Counted from the first letter of the stretch, positions 1 to 8,028 are shown. The stretch is 64,000 nucleotides of DNA from Candidatus Micrarchaeota archaeon (GCA_021848095.1 JAJZMZ010000004.1:5111-69110); one strand, 5' to 3'. The notes: generated by a model from the sequence alone, not told the origin. A program made the numbers and translations.

Positions 1-452
1 TTGTAATTATACTTCATAGACGCTTTTTTTATTGCAGAAGCCTTTTTCATATCTGTAGAGTCGTCTAACATGTAAAAATTAATTCTGTCTTTTGGATACT
101 CTAACTCTAAAAGTTTCTCCATATTCTTTTCTACTTCTTCAGGATTTTCATTGAATACTGCAACAGCAACTGCCATTTTAGGCAATGTTTTTACAGGTTT
201 TAATGTTTCTCCTATTTTTTTAAGATATTCATCGTATAAATATGATCTATAATAAGAATAAGCCGTAAATGTATTGAAAAGTCCAGCTATTATTGATAGT
301 ATTAAATAAGAAAATGCAAGAAAGTAGCTATATGCATTGTTTGCATTGTAAATAAGATATATTGAAAATCCAAATCCAAAAACTGTTAATGCAGCAAAAA
401 CTACCACTGCAAATAATCTTCCAAATACCTCTCCTTTGCCCTTTTTTTCCAT
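1..452 (-). CDS. Family-2 (CesA/chitin-synthase-like) membrane glycosyltransferase, N-terminal fragment; the gene runs off the window start
   Basis: My own reverse translation from the ATG (complement of 450-452) gives MEKKGKGEVFGRLFAVVVFAALTVFGFGFSIYLIY... with two hydrophobic helices. It continues VAVAVFNENPEEVEKNMEKLLELEYPKDRINFYMLDDSTD, a typical GT2 start with an acidic motif. It is missing from the ORF track because the window edge truncates it. Confidence 0.7.
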   Translation of the reverse strand, partial: MEKKGKGEVFGRLFAVVVFAALTVFGFGFSIYLIYNANNAYSYFLAFSYLILSIIAGLFNTFTAYSYYRSYLYDEYLKKIGETLKPVKTLPKMAVAVAVFNENPEEVEKNMEKLLELEYPKDRINFYMLDDSTDMKKASAIKKASMKYNY

Positions 453-504
453 AAAAGTCTTCCAGCATTATAACTTAAATTATACTCTTATTTAAATGTG
501 AAGA

Positions 505-512
505 TATATATT
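505..512 (+). promoter_or_regulatory. Possible archaeal TATA box for tRNA-Ser(CGA)
   Basis: TATATATT is centred about 29 nt upstream of the tRNA 5' end at 538, the expected archaeal TATA position. The evidence is weak because the whole region is AT-rich. Confidence 0.3.
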
Positions 513-537
513 AATAAAGTTATTTAAAATAAACATT

Positions 538-660
538 GCCGGGGTGGCGGAATCCGGTAACGCGCCGGTCTCGAGATTTACATCTCAAGAGCTGATTTGA
601 TGATGCAAACAAGGCAACCGGTTTCCTTTGGAATTTAGGGTTCAAATCCCTACCCCGGCG
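538..660 (+). tRNA. tRNA-Ser (anticodon CGA), type II, interrupted by a ~40-nt intron at the canonical 37/38 position
   Basis: Hand-folded. Acceptor GCCGGGG/CCCCGGC with discriminator G. Anticodon stem CCGGT(565-569)/ACCGG(617-621), loop CT-CGA-G. Long variable arm TTCC-TTT-GGAA. T arm TAGGG-TTCAAAT-CCCTA. No encoded CCA. Confidence 0.85.
576..615 (+). other. Canonical-position tRNA intron (about 40 nt)
   Basis: This sequence lies between anticodon-loop position 37 (G575) and A616, which precedes the 3' anticodon stem. Boundaries are uncertain by 1-2 nt. Confidence 0.7.
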
Positions 661-689
661 CACTTCGTACAATCTTTTATTTAAAATAT

Positions 690-1748
690 TCACTTAAAAA
701 GAGCTTCGATCTCTTCCTTCTTGCCTGAGAACGCTTTTGTTATAGGCTCCATTATTTTTACTAAACTAGTTGCAACTGCATTCTTTAAATCTGCAGGGTG
801 TAACTTCTTAGCTACAAATGTACTTTCTAAAGAATTGTAATCATCAAACTCTAAAGTACCTCCATACTTTTCAGGACGTTCAATTTTTAATGTGCCTAAT
901 GTTGGAATTATTATATACTTACATAAACCAAGTACTGGATTTTCAGTAACTACTCCTTCCGGACACCATCCTCCACTAACTATTTTTTTAACTTCTTTTT
1001 CATCTGAAAGTATTGGTATTGATGAACCTGGTTTTGATTTGCTCATCTTCATAGCTGTAACAATTTCCTCTTTATCTGCAGTTTCATGTACCTTTGGAGG
1101 TTCAAGAAGTGATTGAATCAAATGTGTGTGTAAAAGTGCTAAAGGTTTCTTATCATTCAACTCTTTGAAAGCTTCTCTAGCCAGCATATGTACCTTTCTT
1201 TGATCCATTCCTGCATGGGCAAGATCAGCACCAAATGCCTTTATGTCAGCTACTTGCATTATCGGGTAAATATACTGCGACACATACAATGTATCTTTCT
1301 CGCTTCTTCCTTGGATTATTAATGTACGGGTAGCCCTAGCCATTGTTGTTTTAGTAGCTATTTTCATAACTTCTTTCCAGTAATCATTGTTGTTATTGTA
1401 CAAATCAGAACCTAATGTGACCTTAGCAGAAGGACATGCAACAGAAAAAAGCTTTTTATAAAACTCACTAGCCTTCTTTATTCTTTCCCAGTCTCCTCCT
1501 AGCTTTTGATTTGCAACCGTGTGCCAATCTGCTAGTAGTATATTAGTCTGAAAGCCTATCTTAGCAAGATCATTAATCTTTTTCCCAGCACATAAAATAT
1601 GTCCTATATGCGGCATACCACTTATCTCTAATCCAATATAATGAACAGGTTTAGTTTTTGTTTCAAGAATCTCTTTTAAATCCTGTTCAGTAACTATCTC
1701 TTCAGTAGGTTGAGACTTAATTATTGCTAATTTACTTTCAATATCCAT
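690..1748 (-). CDS. tyrS: Tyrosyl-tRNA synthetase (archaeal type, class Ic)
   Basis: HIGH motif (MPHIGH) and KMSKS motif (KMSKSKP) are present. The blocks YPIMQVADI, RPEKYGG and LHPADLKNAVA match the archaeal TyrRS layout known from the M. jannaschii enzyme. Confidence 0.9.
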   Translation of the reverse strand: MDIESKLAIIKSQPTEEIVTEQDLKEILETKTKPVHYIGLEISGMPHIGHILCAGKKINDLAKIGFQTNILLADWHTVANQKLGGDWERIKKASEFYKKLFSVACPSAKVTLGSDLYNNNNDYWKEVMKIATKTTMARATRTLIIQGRSEKDTLYVSQYIYPIMQVADIKAFGADLAHAGMDQRKVHMLAREAFKELNDKKPLALLHTHLIQSLLEPPKVHETADKEEIVTAMKMSKSKPGSSIPILSDEKEVKKIVSGGWCPEGVVTENPVLGLCKYIIIPTLGTLKIERPEKYGGTLEFDDYNSLESTFVAKKLHPADLKNAVATSLVKIMEPITKAFSGKKEEIEALFK

Positions 1749-1887
1749 ACTACTCAGTATCTTATGTATGACATTTATTATAAGCTTTTTCTACAGCAAA
1801 ACCAATCTCAAGGTTTATTAAATCTTATCCCTTTTTAATATAATTGGAAATACATCTCATATGGGCTTTTTCGGAAGTTGATTTCGG

Positions 1888-2706
1888 ATGAAAATAATAA
1901 TTAATTCTAATAAATACATAAGACTTTTAGTTTCTATACATAATTTATTTGGTCCTGAAGACTCTATGGCTAAAAAGATGCTAAACGAATCAGAACTTTT
2001 CGGAAAAGAATTTCATTTGACTGCACAAATTTATACTGATATTAAAACCAATATAAAAAAGTCAGGTCAAAATAAATTTTGGACATTGTTTTTAGACAAA
2101 AATATGCCTAAAACTAAGCAGAAATATCCAAATCTAATAAAAAAATTAAATCAATTAATTAAATTAAATAATAAAAACAAAACGTCTAAAGAAATCTCAA
2201 ATCAAATTATAAAAAACTTTAAAAAACATGAAACAAAGATTAATTACTTGTTAAATAATATCTTCCTGTTTAACTTGCCTGAAGAAGTAAATTTAATTGT
2301 AGATTATGACATTACAACATCATTTACTGGTTCTTCATTATCCTATGATCCTGTAATAATATCTGTTCAAATGCCAGAATATGCAAATAAAATAATGACA
2401 ATTTCTTTACACGAAATACTCCATTCTCTTATAAATAAAAATAAAACAATACCTGAAGATAAATATCGTTTTGAAGAAGCACTTTTAGATTATTTTGCAC
2501 CAAGGGGCATAATTGATGAAAAACTTAATTTAATAAATAATTTTAACATTAAAGAACGATTTGAGCAAATTATATTTAATAGACCCTATGTTAAGGAAGA
2601 AGCACAAAAACTTCTTCCAATTATCAAAAATTATTATAAAGTGTCAGAAAAAACTAATATTTGGAAATTTTTAAAAAAATCAGGATATAAATTTATAAAT
2701 TTATAG
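1888..2706 (+). CDS. Hypothetical protein with an HExxH motif (possible Zn-metallopeptidase-like)
   Basis: Long ORF containing a single HEILH motif (SLHEILHSL). I recognise no other family signature. The true start may be the internal MAKKMLNE. Confidence 0.55.
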   Translation: MKIIINSNKYIRLLVSIHNLFGPEDSMAKKMLNESELFGKEFHLTAQIYTDIKTNIKKSGQNKFWTLFLDKNMPKTKQKYPNLIKKLNQLIKLNNKNKTSKEISNQIIKNFKKHETKINYLLNNIFLFNLPEEVNLIVDYDITTSFTGSSLSYDPVIISVQMPEYANKIMTISLHEILHSLINKNKTIPEDKYRFEEALLDYFAPRGIIDEKLNLINNFNIKERFEQIIFNRPYVKEEAQKLLPIIKNYYKVSEKTNIWKFLKKSGYKFINL

Positions 2707-2852
2707 ACTTAAAAGAGCATAATCTAAAGTTTAATTGCCAATTTCTCAAATTTTTTAAATATAACTAGAACTTCTAAATGTAATATTTATGTTCTGTATT
2801 ATCTGCAAATCTTTTTATGTTTTTGTTTGTATATATTAAAAAGGCGACTTTA

Positions 2853-3926
2853 ATGGCTAATAAAGAATTTGTTTCTCAAGACGACGAAGAGTTACTTAAG
2901 TTTATTGAATCTGCAAAACCTAAAATATATGTTGTAGGCGCAGGAGGTTCCGGTTCTAATACAGTGAATCGTATTTCTGAAATAAACATAGAGGGAATAA
3001 ATTTAATAGCTATGAATACAGACGCATCACACTTAGCTAAGATAAAGTCAAACAGAAAAGTTTTAATCGGTAAAAAAATAACAAGAGGTTTAGGCGCAGG
3101 AAGTGATCCTAAATTAGGAGAAGAATCTGCAATAGAAAGCAAAGATGAGATTAAACATGTATTAAATGACGCTCAATTAGTTTTCATAACTGGAGGTATG
3201 GGTGGTGGAACAGGAACAGGTTCTGCTCCAATAATTGCACATGAATCAAAAGAAGCTGGTGCATTAACAGTTGCAATAGTTACACTTCCATTTTCAAGCG
3301 AAGGTAAAACACGTTTGAGAAATGCACTTGAGGGTTTGTCTAGGTTAAAAAGGGTTACTGATACAACGATAATAATACCTAATGATAAGTTACTTTCAGT
3401 AGCTCCTGATCTTCCATTAAATATGGCCTTTAGAATAAGCGATGAAATATTGGCTAATGCTACAAAAGGAATTATAGAGATGGTAACTAAACCAGGTATG
3501 GTCAATCTTGATTTTGCTGACTTAAGAAGTGTATTAAAAGACTCAGGTTATGCAGTAATAGGAATAGGAGAAGCCAACTCAACACAAACAAATGACAGAG
3601 CTTCAGTAGCGATAAATAACACTTTAAGTAGCCCTCTTTTAGATGTTGATCTCTCAACAGCAAAGAAGGCACTTGTTAATATAATCGGAGGAGAAGATTT
3701 GACATTAAGAGAAGCAGAAAAGATATTCCAAGAAGTTGCAGCACGTATAAGTGAAGATGCAATGATGAAGTGGGGAGCAAGAATCGATCCTACAATGCAA
3801 AAGAGCGCAATAAAGATAATGGTTGTTTTAGGCGGAGTAGAGTTTGCAGATTACTCCGATGTTGGAATAAAGAAAAAACTGGAAGATTCAAAGAATGTAG
3901 ATTTGGATAAAATATTTGAAGAGTAA
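2853..3926 (+). CDS. ftsZ: Cell division GTPase FtsZ
   Basis: Tubulin signature GGGTGTGSAP is present, with N-terminal VVGAGGSGSNTVNR and the NTDASHL block. I chose the start at MANKEF (2853) rather than the upstream hydrophobic extension in the track. Confidence 0.95.
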   Translation: MANKEFVSQDDEELLKFIESAKPKIYVVGAGGSGSNTVNRISEINIEGINLIAMNTDASHLAKIKSNRKVLIGKKITRGLGAGSDPKLGEESAIESKDEIKHVLNDAQLVFITGGMGGGTGTGSAPIIAHESKEAGALTVAIVTLPFSSEGKTRLRNALEGLSRLKRVTDTTIIIPNDKLLSVAPDLPLNMAFRISDEILANATKGIIEMVTKPGMVNLDFADLRSVLKDSGYAVIGIGEANSTQTNDRASVAINNTLSSPLLDVDLSTAKKALVNIIGGEDLTLREAEKIFQEVAARISEDAMMKWGARIDPTMQKSAIKIMVVLGGVEFADYSDVGIKKKLEDSKNVDLDKIFEE

Positions 3927-4054
3927 TTAATAACTGAAAAATATTTATTATATACTACTAATTCAATTAATGATAAAATCTATTCTTAAAAACCTTAGAA
4001 AAAATTATAAAAACATTTACTTATCAAAAATTTGGGTTTTTACAGTATTTTTAT

Positions 4055-5395
4055 CTATCGAGGTTTTTTTGGTCCTATGGTATAAGTATTAATATATGTT
4101 CCACTGCTTGATAACTCTGTTACTGATGCTCCACCGCTAGTAGCAACCCAAACATTTCCATTAGGAGCTATCTGTAGGCTATTAATTAAACCAGTACCTT
4201 GTGTTTGATATACTCCAACAATATTGCCCTTGTTAGTTAATTCAGTAACTGTATCTGTACCGTAATTTCCAATCCATACACTATTATTCAATCCAATTGC
4301 TACTAAAAGTGGATAACTCCCTACAGAATATGTATTTATATTCGCACCATTATTAGAAATTTCACTTACTGTATTACTTCCATAATTAGCAACCCAAATA
4401 TTTTCATTTGAATCTACTGCAATACTTTCTGGATTATTTCCTGTATAATATGTATTTAAAATACTTCCAGTATTAGATAACTCAGTAACGCTGTTACTTT
4501 CATAATTAGCAACCCAAATATTTTGATTTGGATCTATTGCTATTCCTATGGGCCCATTTCCTACGGGATAAGTACCTATTGTTGTTCCGATATTAGAAAA
4601 TTCGCTTACTGTATTACTTTCATAATTAGCAACCCAAATATTTCCATTTGCATCTATTGCTAATGCATCTGGATAATTTCCTGTATTAAATGTTCCTAAA
4701 GTAACTCCATTACTTGAAATTTCTGAGATTACATTATATAAACCTCCAGCAACCCAAACATTTCCATTTGCATTTACTGCTACTGCAATAGCACCTGTAG
4801 ATATTAAATAATTATTAATATCTCTGCCAAAATATGATACCTGTTCTAATAAAGGACCATATACCCAACCATTTGGATTAGTGAACCACATATTTCCTAT
4901 TGTTCCTACTTGTTTAACTGAACCAGTAAATGTGCCTACTTCTCCAAGATTTCCTGATTGTCCATTTTGTTCGTATTGAATCCATAAACTTCCTTTAACT
5001 GATGAACCTAAATTATCAGAATACGATGGACATTCAAATGTAAGATTAACTTGACCTCCTTCTGGAACTTTATTGATTCCTCCAACACTATATAAAACGC
5101 CATTTGGAGAACTATCGCTAGAGCATTCAAGTCCTGTAATGGTCATGGCACTACCTGTATTTTGCATAAAATTAATCATTACTGCACCTGTATTATAAAT
5201 CAACGGATTTGCACATGCATATCCTGGTGCTGCTATACAAGATGTACTTAAAAAAGAACTTCCATTGAAGACTCCAAGTTCAAAAAGAACAACAAGAGCA
5301 ATCGCAACAATAAGTATAGACCATCCGTAAGTCATCAAGTACTCCATCGCACTTTGTGCCCTAGGTTCCCGTTTTCTTCCCCGTCTTTTTTTCAT
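4055..5395 (-). CDS. Type IV pilin-like protein (class III signal peptide) fused to a multi-bladed NHL/Vgb-like beta-propeller
   Basis: The N-terminus MKKRRGRKREPRAQSAMEYLMTYGWSILIVAIALVVLF is a QxSxEyL-type archaeal prepilin motif followed by a hydrophobic helix. Next comes the CxAxxGYxC pilin-head motif. The rest is about 7 repeats of a 40-aa unit (NIWVANYESNTVSE...). Confidence 0.85.
   Translation of the reverse strand: MKKRRGRKREPRAQSAMEYLMTYGWSILIVAIALVVLFELGVFNGSSFLSTSCIAAPGYACANPLIYNTGAVMINFMQNTGSAMTITGLECSSDSSPNGVLYSVGGINKVPEGGQVNLTFECPSYSDNLGSSVKGSLWIQYEQNGQSGNLGEVGTFTGSVKQVGTIGNMWFTNPNGWVYGPLLEQVSYFGRDINNYLISTGAIAVAVNANGNVWVAGGLYNVISEISSNGVTLGTFNTGNYPDALAIDANGNIWVANYESNTVSEFSNIGTTIGTYPVGNGPIGIAIDPNQNIWVANYESNSVTELSNTGSILNTYYTGNNPESIAVDSNENIWVANYGSNTVSEISNNGANINTYSVGSYPLLVAIGLNNSVWIGNYGTDTVTELTNKGNIVGVYQTQGTGLINSLQIAPNGNVWVATSGGASVTELSSSGTYINTYTIGPKKPR
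4081..4860 (-). repeat. In-frame tandem 120-bp (40-aa) blade repeats within the pilin-propeller gene
   Basis: cataattagcaacccaaatatttNcatttg recurs at 4381, 4501 and 4621. More diverged copies occur at about 4141, 4261 and 4741, keeping an exact 120-nt period. Confidence 0.85.
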
Positions 5396-5535
5396 ATTTA
5401 ATACTTTAAATACAAACATTTATATCATTACTGTAATTCTAAATTTTATGTGTTTTTAAATTTTTATTATTTTTAATCTCTAATTGCTAGCCTTCAAGCA
5501 AAACATTATTAAACTCTTTTATAACAAATAACTTT

Positions 5536-6591
5536 ATGGCCAGTTTAAGTTTTAAACATAAAGGACATGGATTTCAAAAACATGGTTTTCAAAGAAAAAG
5601 AAATCCGAACACTTTGATAATTGTAGCAATTATAATAATAGCAGTAGCTGTTGTTGTTCTATTATCTTTAGGTGGTGTGAATAGGATTTCACAATCACAA
5701 ACATTTGTACTTAAACAAGGTTCTACATTACAATTTACTCTACCTTCGTATCAAAGTACATTTTCTATTTATCTAAATAACGCAACAACTTCATTGGCTG
5801 GAATTTTAGTATCACAATCTCCTGTTCTTTCCAGTACTATTGTATCATTTTTGATAAATAACGGTTCTACATTAAACATAAGCACTGAGGGATTATCAAC
5901 AGCAAACTTACAAATAAAATTATTATCTTCAAATGCAACTTATGCTAAATTACAGTTAACTCCTGTACCATCAGGTCTTACAATACCAACAAGCAACTTT
6001 GCAGTAAACGCACAACCTTCATCAATTCCTCAAAATACGTTAAGTAATTCTCAAAGTACTGTATCTACTACAATAATAACAACTACACAAGCAACAACTA
6101 CCACTTCTTCAAGTAATTCTCAACAAAGTTCATCTTCAACTACAACAGTTCAGTCGATACCTCAATCAGTAATCACAGAAGCTGGAAATACTTATATTGG
6201 AACATTAGTTTCAAATCTAAATACTCTTTATGCAGAAGTAGCTCAATGTACACCTTCATTATACAATCAAACATTAATTTCACAAGCGCATCAACAACCA
6301 GTAGGTCCTCTTTCATATGCAAACTCTAGCGAAGTAACACCTACATCAATAACCAGTACAATAAAAGGTCCATTTTCATATGGTTATTCTGTAAATTACA
6401 CTTCAGTATCAAAATCCAAATTAACTTCTGGTCTTGCAATTAGTATGGATTTAAACGCAACATCCGGAACAATATCTAATATAAAGTTCTCTGGAATTTT
6501 TGAAGGACAAAATTATACTGATATTGAAAATTCATATAACTTCCAAAATGGCATAGGAAATGCATGTGCAGCATTAATTCCTTACTCCTAA
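5536..6591 (+). CDS. Single-pass membrane protein: basic cytoplasmic head, Ser/Thr-rich stalk, extracellular domains of unknown family
   Basis: Basic N-terminus (KHKGHGFQKHGFQRKRN), then the TM segment LIIVAIIIIAVAVVVLLSL. A later low-complexity tract reads TTIITTTQATTTTSSSNSQQSSSSTTT. It is the first gene of the co-directional cluster. Confidence 0.7.
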   Translation: MASLSFKHKGHGFQKHGFQRKRNPNTLIIVAIIIIAVAVVVLLSLGGVNRISQSQTFVLKQGSTLQFTLPSYQSTFSIYLNNATTSLAGILVSQSPVLSSTIVSFLINNGSTLNISTEGLSTANLQIKLLSSNATYAKLQLTPVPSGLTIPTSNFAVNAQPSSIPQNTLSNSQSTVSTTIITTTQATTTTSSSNSQQSSSSTTTVQSIPQSVITEAGNTYIGTLVSNLNTLYAEVAQCTPSLYNQTLISQAHQQPVGPLSYANSSEVTPTSITSTIKGPFSYGYSVNYTSVSKSKLTSGLAISMDLNATSGTISNIKFSGIFEGQNYTDIENSYNFQNGIGNACAALIPYS

Positions 6592-6683
6592 ATGATTAAT
6601 ATTTTTTTAACCAAAACTTTTTCAAGTTTTCAGCAAGGTATTTAAACGTTCGCACTCTATCATTAAAAAATAAAGGCGACAAA

Positions 6684-7229
6684 ATGATTAGAAAAATCGA
6701 AACATTCAAGGCTTTAATAGGAGCAGGAGTTTCTGCTCTTTTTGCTGTATTGTTATTAGGTATGAACTTTGGCTTAGGCTACGCTTCTACTTCATCAAAT
6801 ACAATTTCAGCATCAGCTAACATATTAGGAGTATGTTATGTATCTTTATCTTCAACCGCAATAGAATTTGGAGGGTCTACTGGAACAACACCTGGTATAA
6901 CAACAGCTGCAAACTCAATTACAGATACTGATCAAAATGGAAATATAGCAGCAAATGTGTTGTTATATGCAAATGATTGGACAGGACCTTCACCAGCAGT
7001 AACGTATGCATTCCCTGGAACATATACTGGTTGGAATGCATTAAGCTCAGGAACATTCGGAGCTGTACCTAACTCAATAGGAAATGCAGTAAATACAGGA
7101 ATAACTATAGCAGCACCAACTGTAACAAATCCATCAACTAGCAACAATATATACTTTGACTTATCAGTACCTAACGCATTAACTCCTGGAGTGTACTCAC
7201 AAACAATAACAATAGAGAACAGTTGTTAA
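6684..7229 (+). CDS. Small secreted subunit-like protein (fimbrial/pilin-like beta-sandwich pattern), ending in QTITIENSC
   Basis: Hydrophobic N-terminal signal (KALIGAGVSALFAVLLLG). A 131-aa Cys-to-Cys domain spans 6834-7226 and is homologous to 12947-13300. The sequence pattern C-x-[VI]-S-[LI]-S...I-x-[FY]-G ... G-x-Y-x-Q-T-I-T-I recalls bacterial fimbrial/SCPU-type subunits. That resemblance is pattern-level only. Confidence 0.75.
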   Translation: MIRKIETFKALIGAGVSALFAVLLLGMNFGLGYASTSSNTISASANILGVCYVSLSSTAIEFGGSTGTTPGITTAANSITDTDQNGNIAANVLLYANDWTGPSPAVTYAFPGTYTGWNALSSGTFGAVPNSIGNAVNTGITIAAPTVTNPSTSNNIYFDLSVPNALTPGVYSQTITIENSC

Positions 7230-7246
7230 TTATAAAAAGTGCGTAA

Positions 7247-7987
7247 ATGAAACAACTATCAAAAATTTCAATTTCTTTTATTTTAGTATCATTATTTCTA
7301 TTTTCTTTTTCATATGCTCAATTAGGAGAGGTTGCAGGTCAACCTCATTTTAATGTTTCATTAGGGAGCTCACAAACAATTTCAGTTACATTAGTAAATG
7401 AAGGAAGTACTCCAATAAACTTTAGAACATATTTACCAAATCTAAATCAAATAGCAAACACAACTACTCCAACTGTAACTGCTTATCCTATGAATGGAAC
7501 TATCAAACCACACTCTGATTTCAATGTTAATGTAACTACTTATGTTCCTTATAATAAGAATAAGCCTGGTCTTACTTGGCAAGGTATACTACAATTTGTA
7601 GAGGTTTCAAATCTTTCATCATCTTCAGGTACTGGTGCAACAGTTGTTGCAGGAGTCGCAAAAATAGTAACAATAACTGCAGCTCAACCTAAATCAAATA
7701 TACTTACCTTAATAATTCCAATAATAATCATTATTTTGATAATAATAATTGCAATATACTTAATAACAAAAAGTAAAAGAAACCACAATAAATCTAAAGT
7801 ACAAACAACATCTACTTCAAGAGCAACAAAACGTAAAAATACTGTATCAGTTAAAAATAAATCTTCAACAAATAAAAGAAAATCAAAAGCAAAAACAACA
7901 TCAAAAAAGAAAAGCACAAAAACTTCAAAAAACCGCTCAAAAACTAAAGCAACAAAATCTAAAAAATCCAAAGCAAAAAGATCTTAA
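7247..7987 (+). CDS. Signal peptide + single Ig-like (CARDB/chaperone-like pattern) ectodomain + TM + ~70-aa Lys/Ser/Thr-rich cytoplasmic tail
   Basis: Signal peptide ISFILVSLFLFSFSYA. The block SQTISVTLVNEGSTPINF is a typical Ig-like beta-sandwich motif. TM segment LTLIIPIIIIILIIIIAIYLI. The tail reads KSKRNHNKSK...KSKKSKAKRS. Confidence 0.75.
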   Translation: MKQLSKISISFILVSLFLFSFSYAQLGEVAGQPHFNVSLGSSQTISVTLVNEGSTPINFRTYLPNLNQIANTTTPTVTAYPMNGTIKPHSDFNVNVTTYVPYNKNKPGLTWQGILQFVEVSNLSSSSGTGATVVAGVAKIVTITAAQPKSNILTLIIPIIIIILIIIIAIYLITKSKRNHNKSKVQTTSTSRATKRKNTVSVKNKSSTNKRKSKAKTTSKKKSTKTSKNRSKTKATKSKKSKAKRS

Positions 7988-8028
7988 CATTAATTACTTC
8001 TAGTTAAACGGTTCTTCAGGTTATCCAA

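Noticed and set aside
892-1116. Antisense ORFs from the track that lie inside well-supported genes. Examples: 892-1116, 2876-3142, 3173-3505, 6932-7147, 13624-14019, 19196-19399, 20947-21213, 24713-25042, 25639-26013, 27438-27824, 29335-29868, 42885-43145, 48451-48753, 57409-57819, 58236-58802, 62712-63032.
   Set aside because: Each lies fully within, and opposite to, a gene with strong family signatures. Their translations are low-complexity or hydrophobic shadow sequences typical of AT-rich genomes, with no motifs.
2840-2848. The 9-mer AAAGGCGAC occurs 3-4 nt upstream of both the ftsZ ATG (2840-2848) and the ATG of the 181-aa subunit gene (6672-6680).
   Set aside because: It is most simply a degenerate Shine-Dalgarno variant of the GGTGA/GAGGT elements seen before other genes, such as L2, L3 and minD. 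Two occurrences are too few to claim a regulatory motif. A genome-wide motif count upstream of starts would settle it.
4081-4860. Regular 120-bp periodicity, considered as a possible CRISPR-like or satellite array.
   Set aside because: The period is exactly in frame within a long ORF and encodes propeller blades. There is no repeat-spacer structure and no cas genes. I found no CRISPR array anywhere in the window.
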